38,964 bases of DNA, taken from contig NC_068989.1 in NCBI RefSeq assembly GCF_001194135.2, forward strand, positions 34,491,272-34,530,235, read 5' to 3'. The translations under genes and the position numbers were made by a program. Numbering within the stretch: the first letter of the stretch is position 1; each line of letters opens with the position of its first letter. Shown here piece after piece: positions 11,734 to 22,797 of the stretch. The stretch comes from Octopus bimaculoides (taxonomy: Eukaryota). Below the pieces are notes generated by a model. That model was given only the letters and a program-made list of their open reading frames with translations. It searched no databases and was not told the origin of the DNA.

Positions 11734-12349
11734 GATTAGGCAAAATAATGGAAATACCTAGCATCATAATTTTGAAATATCTATAAAACCCTCAAAAGCT
11801 TGTTTATTTTTATGTTTTTTCATTTAATATAGGTGTTGCTTAATATGTTTTGCTAAAATTGCTGTTTCTTTTCGGATATCATCAGAAAAAGGTAATTAGA
11901 ATTCATTAAAATGACAGATCTATCAGACTTTCAAGGAGGTCAAATTGTCGGTGCTTGTATGGCGGGCGCTAGCCTAATGAAAACAGCCAAAATGTTTGGT
12001 GGATTAAGAAGTATCGTCTCAAAAGTAATGAAAGTCTTTGAGAAAGAGGGAAAAACCTCCTCATCGAACCAAAACTCTGGAAGAAAACCAAAACTTTCAG
12101 ATGGGGACCGTTGGACTCTTACGCGAATTGTTAGAAAGGATCACAAAAGTACAGCTCCCAAAATTACTGCAGAGCTTAATGACCACTTCGAGAACCCAGT
12201 TTCCACAAAAACTGGATTTCACAGGAGGGCTGCAATCAGAAAACCACTACTTTCAAAAACAAACATTGCAAAGCATTTAGAGTGCAGTAAAAACTTACAG
12301 AATTGGTCCCTAGAGCAGTGGAAGAATGTTATTTTCTTGGACAAGTCAT
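11731..12349 (+). mobile_element. Tc1-family DNA transposon, 5' part with degenerate transposase (11911-12349), truncated by an assembly gap; lies in the last intron of the V-ATPase gene
   Basis: Starts TA|CAGGATTAGGCAAAATAATGGAAATACCT in a (TA)n run. ORF MTDLSDFQGGQIVG...SGRKPKLS...RKPLLSK...WSLEQWKNVIFLDKS has the paired-like HTH, GRKP and W..V.F.D(E)S motifs of Tc1 transposases. Confidence 0.9.
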
Positions 12350-12986
12350 NNNNNNNNNNNNNNNNNNNNNNNNNNNNNNNNNNNNNNNNNNNNNNNNNNN
12401 NNNNNNNNNNNNNNNNNNNNNNNNNNNNNNNNNNNNNNNNNNNNNNNNNNNNNNNNNNNNNNNNNNNNNNNNNNNNNNNNNNNNNNNNNNNNNNNNNNNN
12501 NNNNNNNNNNNNNNNNNNNNNNNNNNNNNNNNNNNNNNNNNNNNNNNNNNNNNNNNNNNNNNNNNNNNNNNNNNNNNNNNNNNNNNNNNNNNNNNNNNNN
12601 NNNNNNNNNNNNNNNNNNNNNNNNNNNNNNNNNNNNNNNNNNNNNNNNNNNNNNNNNNNNNNNNNNNNNNNNNNNNNNNNNNNNNNNNNNNNNNNNNNNN
12701 NNNNNNNNNNNNNNNNNNNNNNNNNNNNNNNNNNNNNNNNNNNNNNNNNNNNNNNNNNNNNNNNNNNNNNNNNNNNNNNNNNNNNNNNNNNNNNNNNNNN
12801 NNNNNNNNNNNNNNNNNNNNNNNNNNNNNNNNNNNNNNNNNNNNNNNNNNNNNNNNNNNNNNNNNNNNNNNNNNNNNNNNNNNNNNNNNNNNNNNNNNNN
12901 NNNNNNNNNNNNNNNNNNNNNNNNNNNNNNNNNNNNNNNNNNNNNNNNNNNNNNNNNNNNNNNNNNNNNNNNNNNNNNNNNNNNNN
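12350..12986. other. Assembly gap (637 N). Other gaps: 10533-10548, 26155-26449, 27313-27331, 29927-30254, 37342-37672
   Basis: N runs seen directly; ORFs spanning them are artefacts. Confidence 0.98.
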
Positions 12987-13155
12987 ATATAATAAAAAAT
13001 CAGATATTATTTTGACTCTGCTTTCATCTTAAACACTACAACATGCAACATTGTCACCACTTTATAATGCTGAATTAGCAGGAAATCTAGCCACATTTGA
13101 CTGAGTTTATAGCTAACCTCTTAATAAGGAACTTCTCTATATAAACTTTTGTTTT

Positions 13156-13235
13156 ATAAAGGGTGTGGTTAGTGGCTTGGAAACTAAACATTTTCATAAA
13201 GGGTGTGGTTAGTGGCTTGGAGACTAAGCATTTTC
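13156..13235. repeat. Tandem duplication, 2 x 40 bp
   Basis: ATAAAGGGTGTGGTTAGTGGCTTGGAAACTAAACATTTTC followed by ATAAAGGGTGTGGTTAGTGGCTTGGAGACTAAGCATTTTC (2 mismatches). Confidence 0.95.
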
Positions 13236-13345
13236 AAATGAAAAACAATTGCAAAGTTAATGAATTCATTAAATTTATATATTTATGTTATTAGAATCTT
13301 ACTGAAATAGAAATTATGGAAAAATATAATAAATATTTGCCTTAC

Positions 13346-13517
13346 CAATGTAATCGAAGTGCATGAAGGAAGGCTGATAACCCTTCCATCACCAATAAAA
13401 CTGCTACAGTGAGAACTGCCCATAATGGAAATATCATAAACGTCATAATAACTCCACCATAACCTGACTGGCTTAAAGCTTTTCTCATCACCATTGTCCA
13501 TAATACTTCAGACAACT
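13346..13517 (-). CDS. ATP6V0A1: V-ATPase V0 subunit a exon, 172 nt: (Q)[56 protein letters not shown](W)
   Basis: Acceptor ttttattttag|AG, donor TG|gtaagg; contains the subunit-a signature [15 protein letters not shown]; phases 1 and 2 match neighbouring exons. Confidence 0.97.
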
Positions 13518-14429
13518 CTAAAATAAAAAATAAGGAATAATTAAACAACAACGCCAGTATTTTTATGTCTATTTTTCAATGCTAGTAAAGGCTAGATGGG
13601 CCATCTCATCTCATGTCCTTTGGCACACACAGCAACAGAGAAAAAAAAACTGATTAACTGTGGTATTGTGTATGTCTTACAGTGTACACTGCATGCATTT
13701 TACCATGGCACCAGCAGCAGAGATTGTACCATGTGAGCTGGACTAGACACTTCATCCTTCTATTTACCATTGAGTTTATATTCAGAGTTACTGTTCTCTA
13801 AAACAAGTATTTTTATTACCACTTAAACTAAAAGAATTTTTATACATAATTTATCACAGGAAAAATAGATAATAGCATACTCCAACATAGGCTGGAGCAG
13901 GTAAAAGGCATAGTATTATGTCTGTTAAGGGAGGAGGGAGGCCTTACATTGGTTGCCTCAGTTTAGTATCACAGTAATAGGTGGTGGTGAATTTTGCTAC
14001 CAAGTGGGGTATTATCATGATAATGAATGGAACTAAGTGGGGCTAAGAGAATAATAGTGGTTTCACTTGCACTGTTAGGATAAGGGGTGGAATAATCATC
14101 AACATGTGCAACCATTTAGTGAGGAAGAGAAAGTATGATAATGACAGACTTTAAAATAGAAAAATTACATTAAAATTAAAATTTTTAATTCTGTTTCAAC
14201 AATACATAAAAAGGTACATTGGTTAAATGTATGTGCAGCTATCACCCATATATATTATCATCACATTTATCTAATCTAGATAACATTGATAAATATTATA
14301 TTAATATTTATTATAAGTGACCAAAGGAGAGCCTGCTAGGCTAGTGAGATTAATATATTCAACTTGAAAATCTATAAGTCATTTTCAGAAGAAAAATATT
14401 TGAACCTGGAGGATTATAATTGTGAGGAG

Positions 14430-14830
14430 TAAGGATTAGGTAAGGCATTTGGTGTAGGTCACTACAAGATGAAACAGATGAAGAGGGTATGCAGGTAGTT
14501 CAGAAGAGCAGAGGCAATTGCTGTGATAAATAGACAAAGAAGGGGATAACTGTGTTAGTGATTAATTCTTGTTCATGACTGAACCATTACCAATCAAACA
14601 GCTGTATTGGGGGATTTTTTAAATGTTATTTAGGATGTATGGAAGTACAACAGTACTTCAATGTGGGTTTTAGTAGAATTTTGTAAATAACCAGTTAAGT
14701 AACCAGGGTGGTCGAAGTATTTGAAGATATTTTGACTTTAATTATGCGTTGTCCATGACCAGAGGGACTGAGGTTATAAAACCATTTCCTTGAATTGCTC
14801 TATAAAATGATACTCTCTAGGTCTCTTTCC
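14430..14830 (-). mobile_element. Highly degenerate non-LTR retrotransposon RT C-terminal remnant
   Basis: Minus-strand LVIYKILLKPTLKYCCTSIHP resembles L.LYK.LIRP.LEYC..VW.P; many stops. Confidence 0.4.
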
Positions 14831-15050
14831 AAGGATCTAATGTAAACTGTACATTATATTTAATGAAACACTGAACAGAAATATAGTGACATATTAAACA
14901 CATACTTGCTCTACATAAAAATACTCTCAGGGTCTCTGTCCATAGGTTTAGTGTGAATTATCCATTAAAACTAATGTCTACTCAATGAAACAATAGACAG
15001 AAATATATCAGTTATATCAGTAAAATGTAAGAAACAAAATTAACACTCAC

Positions 15051-15171
15051 GTGCATGAGCTAAGCTCAGTGCCCAGAGTCGAAGATAGGAAGCTGTATTT
15101 GAAATACAACTTAAAGAATATTCAATGGTATGGATAGCTTGATGAATCAGAGTATCAGCAAAATCAAAGTC
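15051..15171 (-). CDS. ATP6V0A1: V-ATPase V0 subunit a exon, 121 nt: [40 protein letters not shown](Q), carrying the essential Arg of the proton pathway
   Basis: Acceptor ccaattttcag|GAC, donor CAC|gtgagt; [27 protein letters not shown] is the most conserved subunit-a motif (Arg equivalent to yeast Vph1 R735). Confidence 0.97.
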
Positions 15172-16657
15172 CTGAAAATTGGCAAATGAATACATAAATA
15201 CATAGAAACAACATTTAAACAGCCAATATGTAAAGCATATTTTCTTATGTGATAATTTTATTTTTAAGCTGAAGGCAATCAGATAGCTTATAATTTACAA
15301 ATTGTTACTATTAATTTTTTTGAGTTTTATTTATGAATAAATGAAGAAGTTAATGAAAGAAAAAGAGAAATAATCTCTGGCAGAATTATAATTAATTTTT
15401 ATGTTAAAAAAGGATACAATTATAGGCAGATATCCTCAACACTGACAACATCAAAATACAACAATTAAAACTAAAAAAAAAAAAAAAAAAAACTGTTACG
15501 TACAACAACATGCTACTTTTCCTATCTTGGCTTTCAGCTCTAAATATTCATGTGCAATCATGCATGACAAATAAGGATTCAATTTGCAGAAATAATACAT
15601 GTTGAACTTTTTTTTCTAATTGTTATGAAAAACTTTCTTAATTGCAGTGTAGATATACTTACCTGTAACATTTCTGTAAATAGAAACTTATAAAGGAATA
15701 TGAGGGTTGTTTGAATTTCCAAAGGAAATGGGAGAAAAGAACGTATACATTCGTTTATATTTCTTATTTAAACACTAAGAATTGTTTTACTTAGCAATGC
15801 AAGGAGTAGCAAGTGACTGACAAATTAAATAACCTTAAATGATTGGATTCAGTTTGAGTCTAAGTAAATAAGGGTATAATCAGGTGTGGGTATATATTTG
15901 AGCTTATGTTCTGGGCTCACTAGGAAAACACAGATACCTAGCTATATCAACCTTTGCCTTTCCTTGGAAAACATCAATAGCATGGAGAGGATCTTCTCAG
16001 CAGCAGATATGCAGTCAATTTTGACCAATAATGGCCTTAGATAGAAATGCAGCAAAAATTAATGTTTAGATGACAATTCTACTATATAATATGAATTATG
16101 AATGGATCATGGTAATTAAAGGGCAGTTACTTTTCAACCTAGAAAGTATACAAATTATATTTTGAGATGATCTGCAATGAAATGGCAACCCATGGTTAAG
16201 TTTACTCCACTTCTATGTTGCTTAGAACTTTCTAGTTTTATTTTCAGCATGCACTTCAATTGTATTTGTACAACAATTTATCAAGCTGTGAAGCAAGTAC
16301 CAATGTGAGCCAATAAAATGGCTTTTACGAGGTCACTTGATGCTAGAAACCTCCACCAAGAGGTACCTTATCAGCTTAGGATAATACAGTCCCCAGATAC
16401 ACTTGTTCATTCCTTTACATTTGTTTGTCCAAGCTTGTATAGGCTGAATGGTAAATTATTTGAGGCAAATCTTGCAGCTGGATGCTTCCTGTCATCAAGC
16501 GTTACTTGTTTTTTAAGTAAGGGATCTTTTGTTTTGCTTGTCTTTGAAAGTACACAGTAACAGGATGAACTGTCAACAGGGAATATAAATATGACAATCA
16601 TGCACAGACAATATGAATGCACATACATATATACAAACATATACATATATGTATATA

Positions 16658-17640
16658 CAGGGTGCATAAGATATTTGAGGACAGATTTATGTTTATAAAA
16701 AAAAAAAAACAGACATAAAATAATAGATAACTTTATTTATCAAAACATGCTACAAGGATAAAAATAAACCGTCTTTTCTATAATGTTATTCAATAAAGTC
16801 ATCTTCAGCTTCAACAACTGCTTCTGTATGAGATCTAAAGCATCTACATGCTCGAATCAAGTGGCCCTGGTTCATTCTGGACATTACTCCGACTACAGCA
16901 GCTTTCAAAGAATCTTTGGTGTTACGGGCATGTTCATTGGCCTCTCTCTCAACAATGTTCCACATGTAATAGTCCAACGGATTGAGATCTGGGGAATTAG
17001 GAGGCCAAATGTTAGGGGCTATGTGATCATGAAAATTTTCAGCCATCTATTCCTGTGTTACTAGAGCCAGGTGTGATAGTGCAGAGTCTCACTGAAACAC
17101 ATATGGCCTGCCAATGCATACACTTGTTGATCTTGGTCAAAGTTTTTCTCTGCTGGATTTTTCAGTTTGTTTAAGAGCCTTTTAGATCTGATGGGGTGAT
17201 TTTCTTTTGCTTTTTTGGACATAGATTGACCTTTCCTCATCATATAAGTCTCATATATGATGTCTTCGTGGACAACATTTCTGACTGTTCCTTCTGATAC
17301 ATGGAGATCTTTTGTAATTGACCTCATGGACTTTCTTAGATTGTAATCAATGGTCTGTTGAACTTGCTGGATAAATTCAGGTATTCTGATGATCTCAGAA
17401 TTTTAAAATGCTTTCTATGCTTTGATACTGGTGATATGTTTCCATCTTCAGTCCTTTTAAAAATCACGATATTTCTAAATATCTCAGCCTTTATAATCAC
17501 AATAACAGCATGCCTCTTCATTTCTTGAATAAGCTGAAGGTCTGTCATAATTATTTTCAGAAATAAAGATTATACTGAGTTAGCAAAAAGTGCAGCAATG
17601 ACCCAAAAAATGTATGTCCTCAAATACTTTACGCACCCTG
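16658..17640 (-). mobile_element. maT (DD37D-type) Tc1/mariner element, 983 bp, internally deleted, both TIRs present
   Basis: 26-bp TIRs CAGGGTGCATAAGATATTTGAGGACA (16658-16683) and TGTCCTCAAATACTTTACGCACCCTG (17615-17640), TA on both sides. Broken ORFs MTDLQLIQEMKRHAVIV..., KDLHVSEGTVRNVVHEDI..., WPPNSPDLNPLDYYMW (maT signature). Confidence 0.9.
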
Positions 17641-17949
17641 TACATAGATACATATATATGTATATATACATGTACACACACACATATTTTCTCTTTTTCT
17701 GCTTTCATTGATTTCCATGGCTCTCTGATGCCATCCAATTCCATTATTATGAATTTGAATAGGGAGCTCAAGTCATAGTGAATCTTTCATTAGCTGATTG
17801 CACAAACTTGGATGTCACCCCTATGGATGTGTTGCAGTTATTCTCTTCATACAGATCTCCACACTGCTGATATAGTAGTTGTCCGCTCAGCATAATGTAA
17901 GAAGCACTGTTGGCTCAGATGAACTCTTCCGCTACCTCATCACAATTTG

Positions 17950-17990
<41 letters not shown>

Positions 17991-18236
17991 CTATTATGCA
18001 AAAGTGTCATAAGTCAAAAATGTTGCTTTTTCAGAAAATGAAAAAAGTTTAACCCTTCCATAGCAGAACTGTTGTACTACACTTTGACAATTTTTTCATA
18101 TCTTAGCATCTGAAGCAGCTGGAGATATGATAGTTTGACTAAAAGAACCAGCTACTACAAGCAAAAATAAATATTGAAAAAAATGCATTTGGCAGAATTT
18201 GAACATTTGACAGTTTAACATAATAGCAATGATATA

Positions 18237-18768
18237 TCAGGCCATTAAGAATGACATGTCCGATTTTGAACTAAAAGTTTATTTTACTTTATCTCAACAA
18301 AAAGCAATGCAGTTAATCAAAGTATGCACCTAAATTATCAACACAATCTTGCCATTTTATCAGTAGCTTATTTATGCCAGCAGCAAAGAATTCTGGAGAG
18401 CAAGAGGTGATGAGATCACGAAAGGCTGCTTTTGCATCTTCTAAAAGTTGTCCAATGCCTGGAAAATGTGATAGTCAATTGGTACAAGGTCTGGTGAATA
18501 TGGTGGATGACAGAGTAATTCCATGTTCAGTTCTTGTAACTTGAGTAATGTTCTTTGTGCAACATGTGGTTGAGCATTGTCTTGCAAGAGAATTGACATA
18601 TCTCTATTGACCAATCTCAATTGTTTAATTGCAAGTTCACTCATCATCTCATCCAATTGGTTGATGTATACATCCACTGTAATTGACTTACAAGGTCTCA
18701 TGAGGCTGTAGTGGATGACACCAGTGCTGGACCACCAAACTGATACCATTAGCTTTTTTTGGTGAATA
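18237..18768 (-). mobile_element. mariner (DD34D) element, 3' half with one TIR, 5' side replaced by an RTE fragment
   Basis: HQKKLMVSVWW...QDNAQPH...HPPYSPDLVPIDYHIF.../AAFRDLITSCSPEFFAAGINKLLIKWQDCVDNLGAYFD* (stop 18315-18313); TA|TCAGGCCATTAAGAATGACATGTCCGATTTT resembles the TIR of the mariner at 29317. Confidence 0.85.
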
Positions 18769-18779
18769 CTCCCTGTTAA

Positions 18780-19572
18780 CTTTCCTCTGATGTTGCTGCA
18801 CTGTTTATATGTCCCAAGCTTACACTAGGTACATCTTAGGGAGTTTCTACCTATGCCTTTTCCACAGATTGAGCAGGGCTGTCTACCTGAAGGGATTTGT
18901 AATTTGTCTGCTTTCCTACTTACTAAGATATTGGTTTTTGCTGGGTTAAATCTAAGGCCCTTCAATTCTAGACCTTGCTGCCACACCTGAAACTTCTTCT
19001 GTAGTTCTGGTAGTGATTCAGCTATAAGAACAGGGGTAGCCTGTATTGAATTCCTCTATTATTGCCTGGAGGACTGTGGACTGATCCTTAATGAACCTCT
19101 GCCTGTACCCTGAATTCTTCATTATATTCATTGCCAACCTTCACCTTACTGACAGCATCCCTGTATATGGCTTGTACAGCTCTCACCAACCACTTGTCTA
19201 TCCCTAGTTTCCACATTGACCACCGGATAAGGGATCAGGGGATCTTGTCAAAGGCTTTTTCCATGTCAACAAAACCCAAGTACAGAGGTTTAGCTTTGGC
19301 TAGGTATTTCTCCTGCAGCTGTCTAGCCACAAAACAAAACTGTATCTCATCTAAACTAACTCTTTCCCTAATTAGTTGGGCTATAACCCTCTCTGTAACT
19401 TCTATCACCTGATCCAACAATTTGATACCTCTGTAATTATTTCTAAGGCGTCACCTTTACCCTTCTAGCAGTGGACTATGGTGTTGCTACACCAGTCATT
19501 GGGTATGACTCCTTCATGTACCACCTGGTTAACTATATGGGTGAGTAGACCATAACCTACACTGCCAGATAT
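18780..19572 (-). mobile_element. RTE LINE reverse transcriptase fragment with deletions and stops
   Basis: NYRGIKLLDQVIEVTERVIAQLIRERV...LQEKYLAKAKPLYLGFVDMEKAFDKIP, then VNLAKTKILV and CSICGKGIGRNS zinc-knuckle-like segment. Confidence 0.85.
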
Positions 19573-19888
19573 TACAGCATATACAACACTGATCTACAAA
19601 TGTTTTGACTGCACATTACTCTGTATGCAATTATGCATCCTAATCACTGCAATTTCATCAAGGATCCATCACTTATGATGTTTTCAAAGTGAACTGATTC
19701 AAACAAGCATCCTGAATACCACTCTCCTCTTCATTATCAATTATATACTCCATGGAGTATTTGCACTACTGAATAGGAACACAGAACCACTCAAGTGCTA
19801 TGTAATTAGACCATTGTAGTGGATAGCCAGCATCTATATCAATTTGTGAGATAATACGGTATCCACCAGGATAACTTATTATTTTTAT

Positions 19889-19889
19889 G

Positions 19890-19966
<77 letters not shown>

Positions 19967-20025
19967 CATGCATACACACATACATATAAATACATACATG
20001 CATACATGCACACACACACATACAT
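19889..20025. repeat. Compound (CT)n-(TA)n-(CA)n microsatellite
   Basis: Seen directly. Confidence 0.9.
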
Positions 20026-20574
20026 ATATGAGACAAGGTATAAATATTTTCATGAGTGATAACCCAATTACAAACACTAATGTTTTTATGACTGTCCTTT
20101 CCTTAATTTCAGGCTATCCTCTGCCCCTTCTTCTATAGAATGCCTCTCTTCCTCTCTTCTTTTCTTTTCTTCACAACCATCACTTCTCTTCCTCTTTCTT
20201 CTTTATCCATCTTTCATTTACCTTATACTGATTCTCATTGCCCCTTTTCACTTCCCCACCCCCATACTTATACCATTCCTTCTGTGTTCTATGTTGTAAG
20301 TCAAATTAACTGCAATAAAGAAAAATATGTAATGACCATTATTTATACTTTGACTTGTATATTACTCTGTAAAAACCAGTATAACTGGAGAACAACCACA
20401 GATTTACAATATAGAATGGTAGTAAGCTATAACCTCAGACTCTACCACAAGACTACGCAGAGTTCTTTACTAATCTAAACAATATTGTTAGCCTGGTGTA
20501 CGGACAGAGAGCTCATAAAGTATTTTGCCCAGATTAGTATTCCCTTACTAATGACTGTTTTTATTAGACACATA

Positions 20575-20725
20575 TAAACACACACACACATTTCCTACAG
20601 TTTCCACTTAGAAAGCAGTGGTTGGCCCAGGGCCATAGAAGACACCTGCTCAAAGTGTCACACAGTGGACTAGAACCTGAACTCCTATGCTTATGAAGCA
20701 ACTCTATACTCACAAAGCCATGCTT
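20575..20725 (-). mobile_element. Degenerate SINE related to 2362-2710
   Basis: Reverse complement gives AGCATGGCTTTGTGAGT...CAGGTTCTAGTCCACTGTGTGACACTTTGAGCAGGTGTCTTCTATGGCCCTGGGCCAACC. Confidence 0.55.
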
Positions 20726-21409
20726 ATAATGTCTTTTAAAAAAAAACCAGGATGGTCACAACAGGAAAGATTCAGATTAAAAGACTGCTTAATCAAGTCT
20801 GGCCATAACTCTAAATGAAACACAAATACCAATCAAACACTTGACACAATACACTACCACGGGTTGTCATCGCATAAAACAGTAAGATTAAAATAATATT
20901 ATTACTAATAAAATTTGATTAAATATTAACTATGGCTGCTATACAAAAACTGAGAGGAATAATAGAGACATGACAGTATAGCTGGATGTATAGGTGGTAC
21001 AGATATTGGGTATATTGGCTATATTAGTTAATAAAAGAGGGTGTAGAAATAAATTCCTTTTAAGAATTTCAGCTTAAATATGATCTAGTCATTTTGTTTC
21101 TTCCATCATACAATTTTCTAGTTATTAACCTGGTTTCAAAGACAGAAGTCTTGTCTCTCAGCTGCTGGAGAAATATGTCAACAATTTCTCAAGCAGTGAA
21201 CATGTCTTTCTCTAGAGACTTTCATTGTTAAGCTGTTATATTACCAAATCAATCCCTGTATTCAAAGAAACTCATTCAACCGTGCAATGATATGAATTCT
21301 TCAAAATACTAATATTCAATTTCAAAAATTCCCACAAACTTAAACAAAAGATAATTTTTAAAAATTTATTTTCTTAATATATAAAAAAATATACATTTTT
21401 AACATTGGC

Positions 21410-21590
21410 ATGAGGCCATCATTTTGGCAAGGAGTATAGTTGAGTAAATCAAATCCTATACTTCATTGCTAATTTATTTAATAACTCCAGAAGGAAGAAG
21501 GGCAAAGTTTACTTCAGCAGTAGCACTGCAACTAAATATCACAAGGCATTTTGTCCAGTGCTGTACTGATTTGGCTAATCCAAAACTAAC
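21410..21590 (-). mobile_element. Old, diverged copy of the 24690-type SINE
   Basis: GGCATGAGGCC..ATTTTGG...CCAGAAGGAAGAAGGGCAAAGTT.ACTTCAGCAG...GCATTTTGTCCAGTGCT. Confidence 0.5.
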
Positions 21591-22752
21591 AAATATTGAC
21601 TTGCTTGTTATCACTAATTTAGATAAATATCTAGGTTATGGTTAGATGTTGCCTTTAAGATAAGAACAATATAACTGCAAGTGAATGGAAAACAATTCAA
21701 CACAAATTTATATACTTTAACATGTACATGCATGGAGGAATAACCAATAAATTGAAGTAACAAGTTCATAATATGAATCTGATCTTAATGAGAAAGTAGT
21801 TCTTGATATGTTATAATATTGATTCTTAATTATGATATTAGCGAGTTTTCTACAATGGAATGAATTTTAGTAGTAACCAATACAAAGTAAGAAAGCTCCT
21901 TATCCACATCATAGCATGAACAGAACAATCATCAAAGGTTATGTTTTATGATCATTATCATTACTGTTATATTCATGCTTTCCTTCTTGAATGTAAGAAC
22001 CATATTTTCTATGAGGGCCAACCCCTATAGCATAAGGAGGTTGAGTATGGTTACAAGAAATGGCTTTACAATAAGATTCCACGAGGTGTATCAGACAGGA
22101 AGAATATTTTAGGGTTTATTTGACTGTTTCAGAACAATAATCCATGTAAAAAGAATTGACAAGAAGCTATTCAACAACAAGCATCAGATGCATTTGGGTT
22201 ACAATAAGAAATTGTAAAACGCATGCTGAAGAGAAGCAAATTTATATAGAAACCATGCCAATTAAAGGTAAAAGGAAAAGGATAAAAGAAAATTAGGGGC
22301 ATATTTTCACTATATTAACAGGAAAATTTAATTCTACTTGAATAAATCAAAATTCCAGGTAAATTCTACCTTGTTATTGTTAGTACCCCAGATGGCTCAC
22401 AACAGAATGCGGTTAAAACCAGTAACAAAGTAAGTGAATATGAATTAACACTTTCTGAACAATAAAAGTATTCTGAATTTTGTTTCTTGCAATCAAAGCA
22501 ATTTTTGGTTACAGGAATTGGTTTGATTCATATAATCTTAAGGGGATTGCATAACAAAAATACATGAATAAATAAATAAATAAATATGAAGCATTTGTTT
22601 GTGAGAAAGGAGTGTGATAGCATTAAGCTTGGTGGTGCATATGTAGCCAAAAGTGTTTATTGGTCATACAACTACTAAAGCGATTAGAGTGTACTGACAT
22701 ATAATAATTTAAAATAAAGGTATCAGACACCTATAAGTTCAACAAGAATTAC

Positions 22753-22797
22753 CTGTAATGGTACAGCAGGGGCAGGATTTCCACTAGTGTGTACCCC
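22753..22797 (-). CDS. ATP6V0A1: Probable 45-nt in-frame cassette exon of the V-ATPase subunit a gene (GVHTSGNPAPAVPLQ)
   Basis: Pyrimidine-rich acceptor tgtgttttgcttctgcacaactag|GGG, donor CAG|gtaatt, phase 0-0, no stop, GC-richer than flanks, positioned in the variable loop before the F(D/E)F..HQAIH motif. No homology support. Confidence 0.6.

Noticed and set aside
11911-13032. 373-aa ORF and other long ORFs spanning N runs (26112-26493, 29783-30368, 37272-37807)
   Set aside because: Length comes from assembly gaps, not sequence.
13342-13551. 69-aa ORF as a stand-alone gene
   Set aside because: Only 13517-13346 is exon; the [11 protein letters not shown] start is translated pyrimidine tract and the stop is in the intron.
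21130-21255. Exon-like segment with ttgaatacag acceptor and CCAG|gttaat donor on the minus strand
   Set aside because: Stop codons in all three frames and a weak donor.
22370-22395. 26-nt micro-exon candidate
   Set aside because: Poor acceptor (gtgag), frameshifting, and does not restore frame with the 11-nt candidate.
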